Notes under the pieces: model-generated | Database searches by the model: none | Told to the model about the DNA's origin: nothing | Seen by the model: the letters and a program-made list of their open reading frames with translations, nothing else | In this document: in pieces, positions 19,751 to 32,086 of the stretch | Numbering within the stretch: position 1 is the stretch's first letter | Layout of the letters: each line of letters begins with the position of its first letter | Source: Synechococcus sp. UW140 | GTDB lineage: Bacteria > Cyanobacteriota > Cyanobacteriia > PCC-6307 > Cyanobiaceae | NCBI GenBank assembly: GCA_943371515.1 | Contig: CALRVC020000006.1 | Coordinates: 50,435-114,434, forward strand | DNA length: 64,000 nucleotides | Direction of reading: 5' to 3' | Program-made: the position numbers and the translations under genes

Positions 19751-20998
19751 ATGGTGGAGGGTCTCCGCCGTGTCGTGGTCACGGGCCTCGGCGCGGTCAC
19801 ACCGATCGGCAACGACGTCTCCCAGTACTGGGACGGGTTGCGGCTCGGCTCTAACGGGGTGGCGCCGATCACTCTGTTTGATGCCTCACGGCATGCCTGC
19901 CGATTCGCGGCCGAGGTGAAGAACTTCGATCCCAGCGATGTGCTGGATCGCAAGGAGACCAAGCGCTGGGACCGTTTCTGTCAGTTCGGTGTCGTGGCCT
20001 CCAAGCAGGCGGTGGACCAGGCGCAACTCCTGATCGACGAGAGCACGCAGCACCGCATCGGTGTGGCGATCGGCTCCGGTGTGGGCGGGTTGCTGATGAT
20101 GGAAAGTCAGGCCCATGTGCTCGCCGACCGGGGACCGGACCGGGTCAGCCCGTTCTGCGTGCCGATGATGATTCCGAACATGGCGGCCGGGCTGACCGCC
20201 ATTGCGCTCGGAGCCAAGGGTCCCAGCAGTGCTGTATCCACGGCCTGCGCCGCTGGATCCAATGCCATCGGCGATGCCTTCCGCCTGATCCAGCTCGGCC
20301 TGGCCGACGCCATGGTGTGCGGCGGAGCTGAATCGGCGATCACTCCCCTGGGGGTGGCGGGCTTCGCCAGTGCCAAGGCCCTCTCCTTCCGCAACGACGA
20401 CCCCGCCACCGCCAGCCGCCCCTTCGACGCCGAACGCAACGGCTTCGTGATCGGTGAGGGCTCAGGAATCCTGGTGCTCGAAAGCCTGGAGAATGCCCGC
20501 GCCCGCGGGGTCGAGATCCTGGCCGAGGTGGTGGGCTACGGCATGACCTGTGACGCTCACCACATCACCTCCCCGACCCCGGGGGGCCTGGGTGGCGCCG
20601 AAGCGATGCGGCTGGCCATGGCCGACGCACGGCTGGAGCCCGAGCAGGTCGACTACGTCAATGCCCACGGCACCAGCACCCAGGCCAACGACAGCAACGA
20701 GACCGCGGCGATCAAGGCAGCTCTGGGCGAGCACGCCTACCGGATTCCCGTCAGTTCGACCAAGTCGATGACCGGTCACCTGCTCGGCGGCAGCGGAGGG
20801 ATCGAGGCCGTGGCCGCCGTCCTGGCGATAGGCCACAACCTCGTACCACCTACCATCAATTACCAAAATCCGGATCCGGCCTGTGATCTGGATGTCGTGC
20901 CCAATCAGGCGCGGGAACAGAAACTGAACGTCGTGCTCTCGAATTCGTTCGGGTTTGGCGGTCACAACGTCTGCCTCGCCTTCCGTCGGATGCGCTGA
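19751..20998 (+). CDS. fabF: 3-oxoacyl-ACP synthase II
   Basis: [31 protein letters not shown] and NSFGFGGHN motifs. Confidence 0.98.
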   Translation: MVEGLRRVVVTGLGAVTPIGNDVSQYWDGLRLGSNGVAPITLFDASRHACRFAAEVKNFDPSDVLDRKETKRWDRFCQFGVVASKQAVDQAQLLIDESTQHRIGVAIGSGVGGLLMMESQAHVLADRGPDRVSPFCVPMMIPNMAAGLTAIALGAKGPSSAVSTACAAGSNAIGDAFRLIQLGLADAMVCGGAESAITPLGVAGFASAKALSFRNDDPATASRPFDAERNGFVIGEGSGILVLESLENARARGVEILAEVVGYGMTCDAHHITSPTPGGLGGAEAMRLAMADARLEPEQVDYVNAHGTSTQANDSNETAAIKAALGEHAYRIPVSSTKSMTGHLLGGSGGIEAVAAVLAIGHNLVPPTINYQNPDPACDLDVVPNQAREQKLNVVLSNSFGFGGHNVCLAFRRMR

Positions 20999-21062
20999 AG
21001 AGCTGGCACTGCCAGCTCTGGGCCGCCCGGAACGCCTCACTCCCCCCACTCCTTCCCCAACC

Positions 21063-23075
<2,013 letters not shown>

Positions 23076-23137
23076 GCAACTCACCCTCCACAAGCCAGGA
23101 TTCGGAGCCGAAGGGCACCCCGGAACGCCTGTCGATC

Positions 23138-24211
23138 GTGCTGCCGACCTACAACGAACGGCAGAACGTCGCCCGAATCCTGGAGGAACTGCTGCCACTG
23201 AAGCAACGCTTCGACCTCGAAGTTCTCTTCGTGGACGACGACTCGGCCGACGGCACGGCGGATCTGGTCAAGCAACTGGCCCATGGCCAGGCGGGTGTGC
23301 GCCTGATCCGCCGGGTGGGGCGCGCCGGCCTGGCCAGCGCCATCAAGGAAGGCATCCTCGATGCAACCGGCGATGTGATCGTGGTCATGGACTGCGACGG
23401 CCAGCACGAGCCGGCTGCGGTGGAAGCAGCTGTTGAGGCTCTCCTGAGCAGCGGCAGCGATCTGGTGGTGGGCAGCCGCTTCCACGCCGAGGCGGCCATT
23501 CATGGCCTGAGTGAGAAGCGCACCCGCAACTCCACCTGGGCCAACACCATTGCCCGCTTCAGCCTTCCGGGCTACCGCCGGCTCACGGATTACATGAGCG
23601 GCTTCTTTGCCCTGCGCCCCGAGGCCGCGCTGCGCTATGTGCGGCGGGTGGATGTGAATGGATTCAAGTTTCTCTACGAGCTGCTCTCAATCAGCCGCGG
23701 TTCGCTGCGGGTGAGTGAAATCCCCCTGCACTTCCAGGCCCGGGTGGCTGGTGATTCCAAGCTGGATCTGGCGATCGTCTGGGATCTGGGGGTGTCAATT
23801 CTGCACACCCTGCTGCTGCGCTCGATTCCCCGCCGAGCCATCAGCTTCGCCCTGGTGGGCCTGAGCGGAGTGGCGGTTCAGATGCTGGTGGTGCAGGCGC
23901 TGATGGGCGCCGCGGGGCTGGTCTTCAAGCAAGCACTGCCGATTGCGGTGGTGGTGGCTGCCAGCTCCAATTACCTGATCAACAACGCACTGACCTTCCG
24001 CTTCCAACGCCAACAGGGAACAGCGCTGCTGAAGGGCCTGCTCAAGTTCCTGCTGGTGGCCTCCCTGCCGGTGCTGGCCAATGTGGGCGTGGCCTCCACG
24101 TTTTACAACCTGGTGTCCCGCAACACCTTCTTGGCGCAACTGGCCGGCATTCTGGTGGTGTTCGTTTGGAACTACGCGGCGTCGTCCAGGCTTGTCTGGA
24201 ACACACCTTAG
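23138..24211 (+). CDS. Polyprenol-phosphate glycosyltransferase (GT2, DPM1/GtrB-like) fused to C-terminal GtrA domain; true start probably upstream
   Basis: LSIVLPTYNE, VDDDSADGT, MDCDGQH, DYMSGFF; C-terminal four-TM segment FALVGLSG...SSNYLINN..TF...WNY. Confidence 0.88.
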   Translation: MLPTYNERQNVARILEELLPLKQRFDLEVLFVDDDSADGTADLVKQLAHGQAGVRLIRRVGRAGLASAIKEGILDATGDVIVVMDCDGQHEPAAVEAAVEALLSSGSDLVVGSRFHAEAAIHGLSEKRTRNSTWANTIARFSLPGYRRLTDYMSGFFALRPEAALRYVRRVDVNGFKFLYELLSISRGSLRVSEIPLHFQARVAGDSKLDLAIVWDLGVSILHTLLLRSIPRRAISFALVGLSGVAVQMLVVQALMGAAGLVFKQALPIAVVVAASSNYLINNALTFRFQRQQGTALLKGLLKFLLVASLPVLANVGVASTFYNLVSRNTFLAQLAGILVVFVWNYAASSRLVWNTP

Positions 24212-25812
24212 GGGTCCTGAGTCCATGTGACAGGTCCATCTGGGCGATGATGCTGGAGAAGTACCACGACGCTTTTCCCAGAGAGAAAAACGGAAGTATC
24301 AGCCGGCCAAGGACTAACTTTCTCGGCTTGATTCAGAGCGACCTGCTTTTCCTTCTCGCTAGGCCTGCGGAGCAGATTCTCTCCGAGAAGAAAGTTGAGG
24401 ATCTCAATCTGGCGATAGCTGGCGAAGGCTTCGGTGGTGAGCATATGGGGGGCGTCCTTTACGGACGGCCAGCGCACGAAGTCCGCGATTCGGAAGGGAG
24501 GATAGCGACCGATGACCACAAGCGCTGTCCGCTCCTTAATAGGTGTGCCCAGCAAGGGCTCAACCCGCACCAGAACACGATTGATCATGTTGAGTTCATA
24601 GGTCGTCTTGAGCTGGGCGGCATTGGATTGCTGGGTGCCGAGCACCAGGAAGAACCAGAGCAGCAGCCAGGCCAGCGGCAGGGCCGCCCAGCGAAGCGAT
24701 CTTGGCTGCAGCGCAAGCCCCAGAAAGAAAAGGAGCGCGTAGCCGTGGGCCGCATAGAACCTGCCGCTGTCAGTGGGCGTGGCGCTGTTCACGATGTTGG
24801 CGGCGTTCACCGCCACCGGAACCAGAAGAACGGCGGCGAGCAGGGCCAGCCGAACCGATCGATCCAGGCCCGGCCAGGCCTGCAGAGCGAGCAAACCCAG
24901 GGCAACAAGGATCAGGGGAATCAGGCCGAGCACTCCCCGGGGCACACCCCCCACTCCCGAAGCCAGATAGTCAAAGAACGTCCGGTAGGACTCACCCACC
25001 TCCTCGATGGCCTGACCCGCGCCGTTGAGACGGGTACTGGGCCAGATCGGAGCTGTAATCACGACCTTCGAGCTGATCCAGAACAGCACGGCCGACAGCA
25101 ATAAAGGAGCCGGAGCGAGCAGTGCCTCACGCAGGACTGCCGGCGGTTCGGCGTCGGGAGCGGACCGACGCCGAACCGCATGAACCGTCAACACGAGAAT
25201 CAGATTGAACAGCAGGAAGACACTGACCGAGGCGATCTTCGGCGCATAGGTGGCCAGGGCCATGAAGTAGAACGTGGAGGTGCCCAGAATTCTCGTGGGG
25301 TCACGCCTGCTCAGCACCCACACCAACGAGCCCAGAATCACGAACGTATCGGCGATCACGAACGAGATGTGGTCAGCGGCAAACGAGTAATAGTCAAGAA
25401 AAGCGGGGTACAGGCAAAGAATTCCAGCCAGCAGGAAGACATGCATCTTTCTCTGCAGCCCCACCAACCGGGCAAAAAGAATGCCATTCAATGCCTGAAG
25501 AAGGGCCGCACCGATCATCTGCAGGGACTGGACTCCGCTGCCGCCCTGAGCCAGGATGATCAGGTCGGCCAGCCATCGGCCTTCGCCCGATGTCTTGAAG
25601 CTTGGATAGTCGTAGAGCCTGCTGTTGGGAAAGGTATGATCCGTCAGCGTCATCTCCGTGAAGAAGTAGCTGTAGGCCACGATCTGCAGCAGGAGCAGCG
25701 CTATGAAGACGAGGCGATACCGAGCGGCCCAGGCGATGAAGGTCCGAAGCAAGGCCCGCAGAGAGATCCTGCCATAGGAAAGTCCTGCGTTCCAGCTCTC
25801 CGTTGCGGACAT
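24208..25812 (-). CDS. GT-C membrane glycosyltransferase, GtrII/GtrC-like
   Basis: About 11 hydrophobic segments, early EGRW and LYP motifs, soluble C-terminal domain; adjacent to GtrB-GtrA fusion. Confidence 0.6.
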   Translation of the reverse strand: MSATESWNAGLSYGRISLRALLRTFIAWAARYRLVFIALLLLQIVAYSYFFTEMTLTDHTFPNSRLYDYPSFKTSGEGRWLADLIILAQGGSGVQSLQMIGAALLQALNGILFARLVGLQRKMHVFLLAGILCLYPAFLDYYSFAADHISFVIADTFVILGSLVWVLSRRDPTRILGTSTFYFMALATYAPKIASVSVFLLFNLILVLTVHAVRRRSAPDAEPPAVLREALLAPAPLLLSAVLFWISSKVVITAPIWPSTRLNGAGQAIEEVGESYRTFFDYLASGVGGVPRGVLGLIPLILVALGLLALQAWPGLDRSVRLALLAAVLLVPVAVNAANIVNSATPTDSGRFYAAHGYALLFFLGLALQPRSLRWAALPLAWLLLWFFLVLGTQQSNAAQLKTTYELNMINRVLVRVEPLLGTPIKERTALVVIGRYPPFRIADFVRWPSVKDAPHMLTTEAFASYRQIEILNFLLGENLLRRPSEKEKQVALNQAEKVSPWPADTSVFLSGKSVVVLLQHHRPDGPVTWTQDP

Positions 25813-26084
25813 ATCCCGCCAAGCGATGCGGAATGATTATGCCTCAGAGCTCCCCAGTGATCCCTACGGCCACCTCAGCAGCCTGGATGCCCACCGACCG
25901 CATCCACAGGCAGAAATTGCCCTCCCACCGGAATCAGCGGAAAACAATCGAAGCCACCCTTGTGCAGAGCTGCTGCATGGCGCGAGGTCCACAGTCCCCT
26001 CAGACAGGATCAGATGGCGTTCAGGGCAATTAGAGAAGAATCCCTGCGATACGCCTCGGTGCACGTGTGTAAAATGGTTCGCGA

Positions 26085-27776
26085 ATGCCGTGCCTGGCTC
26101 GATCAGCCATGCATGCCCCTAGTGGACCTATCCCGCCTGTGTCCATAAACGAAGGAAGAGCGAGCAGAACCCGGCCAGTCGGTCTGCTGGTCTGGTGCGC
26201 AGTCCTGGCCAGCAGTCTGTTCACCCTCTGGTTCTGGCTGAGTACGGCTTCACAACCTCTGGTCGATCAGCATGGCTTTCGGCAGACGCAGACCGCACTT
26301 TCGGCTTTTCATCTGTTCCAGAACGGGAACGGCCTCCTGAACTACGAGACCCCTGTCCTGGGGAAACCGTGGTCCATCCCCTTCGAGTTTCCCACCTTCC
26401 AGCTGGCAGCTTACTCGCTAAAGAGAATCTCAACCTTTGATCTTACCAGCGCGGGACGGCTGACCAGCATCGGCTTCGCCATGGGCTGCCTAGCCATCGG
26501 CATTGCCATTCTCAGACAGTTCTCGATATCGAAAGCTGGCATCATTGTCTTTACACTGCTTTATCTTTCTTCGCCGATTTACCTGTACTGGAGCAGAACT
26601 TTCATGATCGAAAGTACTGCCTTGCTGCTCAGCCTGGCAGCTCTCTACCTGTATTGGGCATCAAGGCGACTTGATGACAGGCACTGGGGGAAAATCCTTA
26701 CGGTCCTCACCTCTCTTCTGATTTGCCTGACGCTGGCGCTGCTGACCAAGGCCACCACCGCCTTGCCGGTGTTCCTGCTGATCCTGATCGACCAAACCTA
26801 TGCGATGGGGGCCGCCACCCTGCGCCGAACCCACAGCATCGACAGACGCAGAATCCTCGCCCGTGGCATCATAGTTCTCGCTATTCTCCTACTGTCGTTT
26901 CTTACCTTGAAGGGTTGGACTGCTCACGCCGACGCACTCAAGGAGCTCAATCCATTTGCACGATTCCTCACTTCCAAACAGCTTGCTAGATGGAACTTTG
27001 GTGATTTTCGTCAACGCCTCTCAGGCGATCTGTGGGTCGGCGCTGTGTGGCAAAGGATGCTGACTCCAAGTGGATCCATTCCAATTGCCATTATTTTGAT
27101 TCTCGGCACCATCAAGACTCGCCCAAATAGCCAGAGCCGCTATCTCATTCTCTGCTTTATGGGCTTGGCGCTGGTACCGCTGTTCATCTTCACCAATCTC
27201 CACATCATACATAACTACTATCAGTACGCCAATGAGATTTATCTACTTCTCGCAATCGCCGTCTCCATCGATGCTCTGACTAGCTCAGGACGCCGATCGT
27301 GGAATCTCCTTGCTGGCATCTGCCTGACTATCATTATCATCAGCTTCTATGGAAACTTCTTCCAATCTTACTATCGTGATGCTCAGATCACGGACAATGC
27401 AGAAAGCATGGCAGGCGCCTACACAAGAAGTATCACGGACCCAACGGAAGCCATCCTTGTGTTCGGCGACGATTGGAGTTCGGCCATGGCCTTCCATTCA
27501 CAACGCAGAGCGTTCACCTTCCGTCCGGCCCTTACGACCTCAGGCGACGGGATCAATCAGAATTATATTCTGGCCAACCCAGCTGATTTCATCGGTCCGC
27601 TCAGACTCGGAGCCATCGCAAGCAGGGGAGAAAAGATTCCTGCCGACAAAGTGTCCATAGCCTGCGGTCGAGCCACCAGTGGGGAACCCCATGTCGAGGG
27701 CGATTGGCTGATCTACTCCTGCCGATCCAGCGCAGCGCGTGTACAGCCTGATGCGTCATCAGATATCAGGTCTTGA
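26085..27776 (+). CDS. GT-C membrane glycosyltransferase, ArnT/PMT-like
   Basis: HGFRQTQT..., YETPVLGKPWSIPFEFP, YWSRTFMIES and HNYYQ motifs; multiple TM segments; visibly low GC. Confidence 0.72.
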   Translation: MPCLARSAMHAPSGPIPPVSINEGRASRTRPVGLLVWCAVLASSLFTLWFWLSTASQPLVDQHGFRQTQTALSAFHLFQNGNGLLNYETPVLGKPWSIPFEFPTFQLAAYSLKRISTFDLTSAGRLTSIGFAMGCLAIGIAILRQFSISKAGIIVFTLLYLSSPIYLYWSRTFMIESTALLLSLAALYLYWASRRLDDRHWGKILTVLTSLLICLTLALLTKATTALPVFLLILIDQTYAMGAATLRRTHSIDRRRILARGIIVLAILLLSFLTLKGWTAHADALKELNPFARFLTSKQLARWNFGDFRQRLSGDLWVGAVWQRMLTPSGSIPIAIILILGTIKTRPNSQSRYLILCFMGLALVPLFIFTNLHIIHNYYQYANEIYLLLAIAVSIDALTSSGRRSWNLLAGICLTIIIISFYGNFFQSYYRDAQITDNAESMAGAYTRSITDPTEAILVFGDDWSSAMAFHSQRRAFTFRPALTTSGDGINQNYILANPADFIGPLRLGAIASRGEKIPADKVSIACGRATSGEPHVEGDWLIYSCRSSAARVQPDASSDIRS

Positions 27777-27815
27777 GTCCTCAAGCCCCCTCCTGTCTCT
27801 CCCATCGCTGAGTCC

Positions 27816-28739
27816 TTGGCCTTTGTTCCTTCCCTGATCCGTTCTTGCCGACCCCGGCAATGGAGCAAGAACCTGCTGGTGTATGCCTCGGCCGTGTTCG
27901 CTTTCTCGCTGGCTCCGTCGGTCTGGTGGAATTCCAGCCTTGCCCTGATCTGCTTTTGCCTGATCTCCAGCAGCGTCTACCTGGTCAACGACATCATCGA
28001 CGTCGAGGCCGATCGCCGACACCCCAGAAAATGCCACCGGCCGATCGCCTCTGGAGCCGTTCCGATCCCGGCGGCCCTGACGGCCTCCGCCTTTCTGGCG
28101 TTGGCGAGCCTTTCCCTGGCAGCGACCCTGACGCCCAGTCTCGCCATGGTGGTTCTGGCCTACGCCCTGATCCAGCTCGCCTACTGCCTGGGGCTCAAAC
28201 GCCAGCCCCTGATCGACCTGTTCTGCATCGCCTCCGGCTTTTTGCTGCGGGCCGTCGCCGGGCTGGTGGCCACGGGGCTCGGCAGCTCCCCCTGGTTCCT
28301 GCTCTGCGTGGGCCTGCTCGCCCTCTTCCTGGCGGTGGAGAAACGCAAGGCCGAACTGCGGGTCTCCATGGATCGAGGGGTGATCACCCGGCAGGTGCTG
28401 GAGCGCTACTCGCTTCCCCTGCTCCAACGGCTGGAATCCTTGGTAGCGAGCAGCGCCTTCATGGCCTACAGCCTCTGGAGCGCAGGTCCCACGCTCCAGG
28501 GAGCTCCCACCAGCTGGATGCTGCTGACGGTTCCATTCGTGCTGGTGGGAATCTTTCGCTACCAGCTTCTCAGTGACCCCGAGGAGGCCGAACGACGGGC
28601 CAGTCGGCATCCCGACCAGAGCACAGAACGTCCGGAGGAGATCCTTCTGGGCGACCGCGGCATCCAGCTCACCCTGTTGGGCTGGATGACCACCGTGGTC
28701 ATGGTAGGGATGGGCCACAGAATGGCTTGGTTCCCATGA
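27816..28739 (+). CDS. Polyprenyl-phosphate phosphoribosyltransferase (UbiA family, DPPR synthase-like)
   Basis: RPRQWSKNL, YLVNDIIDVEADRRHPRK.HRPIASG, GFLLRAVAG, KRKAEL, GIFRY and PEEILLGD motifs. Confidence 0.88.
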   Translation: MAFVPSLIRSCRPRQWSKNLLVYASAVFAFSLAPSVWWNSSLALICFCLISSSVYLVNDIIDVEADRRHPRKCHRPIASGAVPIPAALTASAFLALASLSLAATLTPSLAMVVLAYALIQLAYCLGLKRQPLIDLFCIASGFLLRAVAGLVATGLGSSPWFLLCVGLLALFLAVEKRKAELRVSMDRGVITRQVLERYSLPLLQRLESLVASSAFMAYSLWSAGPTLQGAPTSWMLLTVPFVLVGIFRYQLLSDPEEAERRASRHPDQSTERPEEILLGDRGIQLTLLGWMTTVVMVGMGHRMAWFP

Positions 28740-29464
28740 TTCGCAGCGCCTTCGTGCTCGGCAGCACCAGTGCTGTCGCAGCGGCGCTCTGCAGGGCGCT
28801 GGCCAGGCAGGGCTGTCGCCGCTTCCACCTGGTCGCCCGCGACGCCCCCGCCAACGAACGGCTGGCCGCCGAACTGCGTGTGCGCCATGGGGCCGACGTC
28901 AGCCTGGAAACATGCGATCTTTTCGCCACAGCCTCCCTGGACAAGCCGCTGAGGCCCAGCATCGATCAGAGCTTCGATCTCTATCTCATCACTGCAGGCT
29001 CGCTCGGGGATGCCGAGGTGGCACGGTCTGATGCAGCTGAAGCGCTGGCGATCACAGCCGCCAACTACAGCGGGCTGCTTCCCTGGCTGACCGCCATCGT
29101 CACATCCGAACGGATCGCCAGGCCCGGCAGACTGTGGGTGTTCACTTCAGTGGCCGCCGACCGGGGCAGGCCCTCCAACTACCACTACGGCGCAGCGAAA
29201 GCGGCCCTCACCACCTACTGCGAAGGGCTGCTGCTGCGCTGTCAGGGCCAGCCGTTCTGCGTGCGCATTCTCAAGGCGGGTTTTATGGCCACACCGATGA
29301 CGCTCGGCAAGGCCCCACCCCTGCTCTGCGCCAGCCCCGAGTCTGTGGCCCTGGACCTGCTGCGACGGCCCGATCGCCGTGGCATCGAGTACATCCCCTG
29401 GTGGTGGGCACCGCTGATGTGGATGGTTCGCCTGCTGCCACGCCAGCTGGCCAGCAAGCTATGA
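28736..29464 (+). CDS. DprE2-like short-chain dehydrogenase/reductase
   Basis: LGSTSAVA, SVAADRGRPSNYHYGAAKA (YxxxK), KAGFMATPMT; between DPPR synthase and DprE1 homologues. Confidence 0.8.
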   Translation: MIRSAFVLGSTSAVAAALCRALARQGCRRFHLVARDAPANERLAAELRVRHGADVSLETCDLFATASLDKPLRPSIDQSFDLYLITAGSLGDAEVARSDAAEALAITAANYSGLLPWLTAIVTSERIARPGRLWVFTSVAADRGRPSNYHYGAAKAALTTYCEGLLLRCQGQPFCVRILKAGFMATPMTLGKAPPLLCASPESVALDLLRRPDRRGIEYIPWWWAPLMWMVRLLPRQLASKL

Positions 29465-30834
29465 CCCTCTCCTTTCCCTCGGAAACCCGCACCCTCACGG
29501 GCTGGGGCCGCACGATGCCCGTAAAGGCGACGGTCTGGAAACCAGCGTCGCTGGAGCAGTTGCAGCAGCTGGTGCACCAGGCCAGGCCGGGCAGCCTGAT
29601 TCCCCGCGGCCTCGGCCGGTCCTACGGGGATGCTGCCCAGTGCGCCGATGGGAATGTGATCGATCTGGGCGGATTCGATCGGATCGAACTCGATCCGATC
29701 CAAGGCACGGTCACGGCCGGAGCTGGTGTCAGCCTCGCCTCGGTGCTGCGGGTGATCGTTCCGGCCGGATTTTTCCTGCCCGTCACCCCCGGCACCCGCA
29801 ACGTGACGGTGGGCGGTGCCATCGCCGCCGACGTGCACGGCAAGAACCACCACGTCGAGGGCAGCTTCGCCAGCCACGTGCGCCACCTTCAGCTGGTCGA
29901 CGGCAACGGTGACCAGCACACTCTGCAGCCGGATGGCGAGGAGGAAGCCGCGGCCGCCTTCTGGGCCACCGCCGGCGGCATGGGTCTCACTGGCGTCATC
30001 ACCGAGGCCACCTTCTCTCTCCTGCCGATCCGCACGTCCCTGATCAGCGTCGATACCGACCGCCACAGCACGCTCGACTCCCTGATGGCGGCGATGGTGG
30101 AGGGGGACGCGCGCTACCGCTACAGCGTCGCCTGGGTGGACAGTCTCCACCCCCGGGGCCGGGGCGTGCTCACCCGCGGGGACCACAGCAGCCGTGAACA
30201 ATTGCAGGAGCTGGGCTCAGCTCAGACGGCGGAACCCCTGGCCTACGACCCCAGGGCGCTGGCTTCGGCCCCGGCCTTTCTGCCCGGGGGACTTCTGAAC
30301 ACCTGGACGGTACGGGCCTTCAACGAAACCTGGTTCCGCAAGGCCCCCGCGCATCGGATCGGCGAGCTTCAGGCCATCGGCCCCTTCTTCCATCCCCTCG
30401 ATGGTGTCGCCGACTGGAACCGCATCTATGGACCGGCCGGCTTCCTGCAGTACCAGTTCACCGTGCCGGACGAGGCTGCCGAGCTGGTGCCCCGCGCCCT
30501 GGAGGCCCTGCGCGGCATCGGCGCGCCCAGCTTCCTGACGGTGCTCAAACGTTTCGGGTCCGCCAATGCGGGACCCCTCTCATTCCCACAACCCGGGTGG
30601 ACCCTCGCCGCCGATGTGCCAGCGGCCGTGCCCGGACTGTTCGAGCTGCTCGATCGGCTCGACGAGCAGGTGGCGGCCAGCGGCGGACGTCTTTACCTGG
30701 CCAAGGATTCGCGCCAGTCCGCTGCCATCTTCCAGCGCAGCTATCCGCGACTCGATGACTGGCGGCGGCAGCGGAACCGACTCGATCCCCGCGCTGTCTT
30801 CAGCTCCGACCTGGCCCTGCGAGTCGGACTCTGA
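29461..30834 (+). CDS. DprE1-like FAD-dependent oxidase
   Basis: RGLGRSYGDAAQ, PVTPGTRNVTVGGAIAADVHGKNHH, WNRIYG..GFLQYQ, VLKRFG and GRLYLAKD motifs. Confidence 0.92.
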   Translation: MTLSFPSETRTLTGWGRTMPVKATVWKPASLEQLQQLVHQARPGSLIPRGLGRSYGDAAQCADGNVIDLGGFDRIELDPIQGTVTAGAGVSLASVLRVIVPAGFFLPVTPGTRNVTVGGAIAADVHGKNHHVEGSFASHVRHLQLVDGNGDQHTLQPDGEEEAAAAFWATAGGMGLTGVITEATFSLLPIRTSLISVDTDRHSTLDSLMAAMVEGDARYRYSVAWVDSLHPRGRGVLTRGDHSSREQLQELGSAQTAEPLAYDPRALASAPAFLPGGLLNTWTVRAFNETWFRKAPAHRIGELQAIGPFFHPLDGVADWNRIYGPAGFLQYQFTVPDEAAELVPRALEALRGIGAPSFLTVLKRFGSANAGPLSFPQPGWTLAADVPAAVPGLFELLDRLDEQVAASGGRLYLAKDSRQSAAIFQRSYPRLDDWRRQRNRLDPRAVFSSDLALRVGL

Positions 30835-31147
30835 TGCGCAGGGACAGCCGCACCGACTGTTCAGCCACCTCAATCACGTTCCGACACTTTCCTTTTGTCA
30901 TCGACGATCTCAATGCGGATGGTATTGTCTTCAGGAGCCACAGGGCGGCGCCAGAAGCGATGACCAGACTGCTCGTATTCCCGGTGATCAAGAATAGAAA
31001 TGAGCGGCTTGACATGACGAAGAGAAGAGCTGTTCGGCAGAACAAATCAATCCGCCACCAGCAACAGCTCTCGGCCGGGAGAGTCTCAGTGAACGCCGTC
31101 GATAGTCCCTTCAAGTTGATTCCCGACAGGATGGAGATGATCCGGCG

Positions 31148-32086
31148 ATGAGGGTGTTCCTCCCCGGTGGGGCCGGCCTGGTGGGCCTCAACCTGATCGC
31201 AGTGATTCAGCAACACCATCCCGACTGGCAGTTGCTCGTGGTGGACAAGAAGACCGAAGCGCTGGAAATCGGCAGGCGTCTGTTTCCCTCCGTCAGCTTC
31301 GTCGACGAGGATCTGACCCGCACGAGCGGACAGACCTGGCCGGCCCTGCTCAGCGGCTGTCACGCCTGCGTGATGCTTCAGGCCGAAATCGGCAACACCG
31401 ATCCCCAGGCCTTCGAGCGCAACAACATCACCAGCACCGAGGTGGTGCTGGCTGAATTGCGTCGACAGGGAATCCCCAGGCTCGTCCACGTGAGCAGCTC
31501 AGTGGTGAACTCCGTGGCCACCGACCTCTACACAAGCACTAAGCGCCGACAGGAGGAACTCGTCAGGCGTGCCTGGCCTGAGGCCGTCGTGCTGCGCCCC
31601 ACCCTGATGTTCGGATGGTTCGACCGCAAGCACCTCGGCTGGCTAGCACGCTTCATGCAACGCCTGCCGGTGTTCCCCATCCCCGGCTCAGGTCGGTTCA
31701 TCCGCCAGCCCCTCTATGTCGGCGACTTCTGCAGCATCATCGTGCGCTGCCTGGAGAGACCCTCCTTCAGCGGCACTTACGACATCACCGGCACAGAGCG
31801 GGTGACCTACATCAGCCTGATGCGTCAACTGCGCACTGCCGTGTCCGCGCGGCCATTGATCCTCCATCTGCCCATTCCCCTGTTCGGTTGGCTTCTGCAG
31901 CTCTGGGCCCTGATCAGTCGCCAGCCGGCCTTCACCCGGGATCAGCTTCAGGCACTCACAGCAGGTGATGAGTTTGAGGTGATCGACTGGCCGGGGATCT
32001 TCTCGGTTTCGCCCACGCCGCTGGCAGAGGCTCTGCGGATCGCCTATCGAGATCCCCGCTATTGCAACGTGGTGATCCCCTTCTGA
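31148..32086 (+). CDS. NAD-dependent epimerase/dehydratase family protein
   Basis: GGAGLVG Rossmann motif, HVSSS, YTSTK, LRPTLMFG. Confidence 0.85.
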   Translation: MRVFLPGGAGLVGLNLIAVIQQHHPDWQLLVVDKKTEALEIGRRLFPSVSFVDEDLTRTSGQTWPALLSGCHACVMLQAEIGNTDPQAFERNNITSTEVVLAELRRQGIPRLVHVSSSVVNSVATDLYTSTKRRQEELVRRAWPEAVVLRPTLMFGWFDRKHLGWLARFMQRLPVFPIPGSGRFIRQPLYVGDFCSIIVRCLERPSFSGTYDITGTERVTYISLMRQLRTAVSARPLILHLPIPLFGWLLQLWALISRQPAFTRDQLQALTAGDEFEVIDWPGIFSVSPTPLAEALRIAYRDPRYCNVVIPF

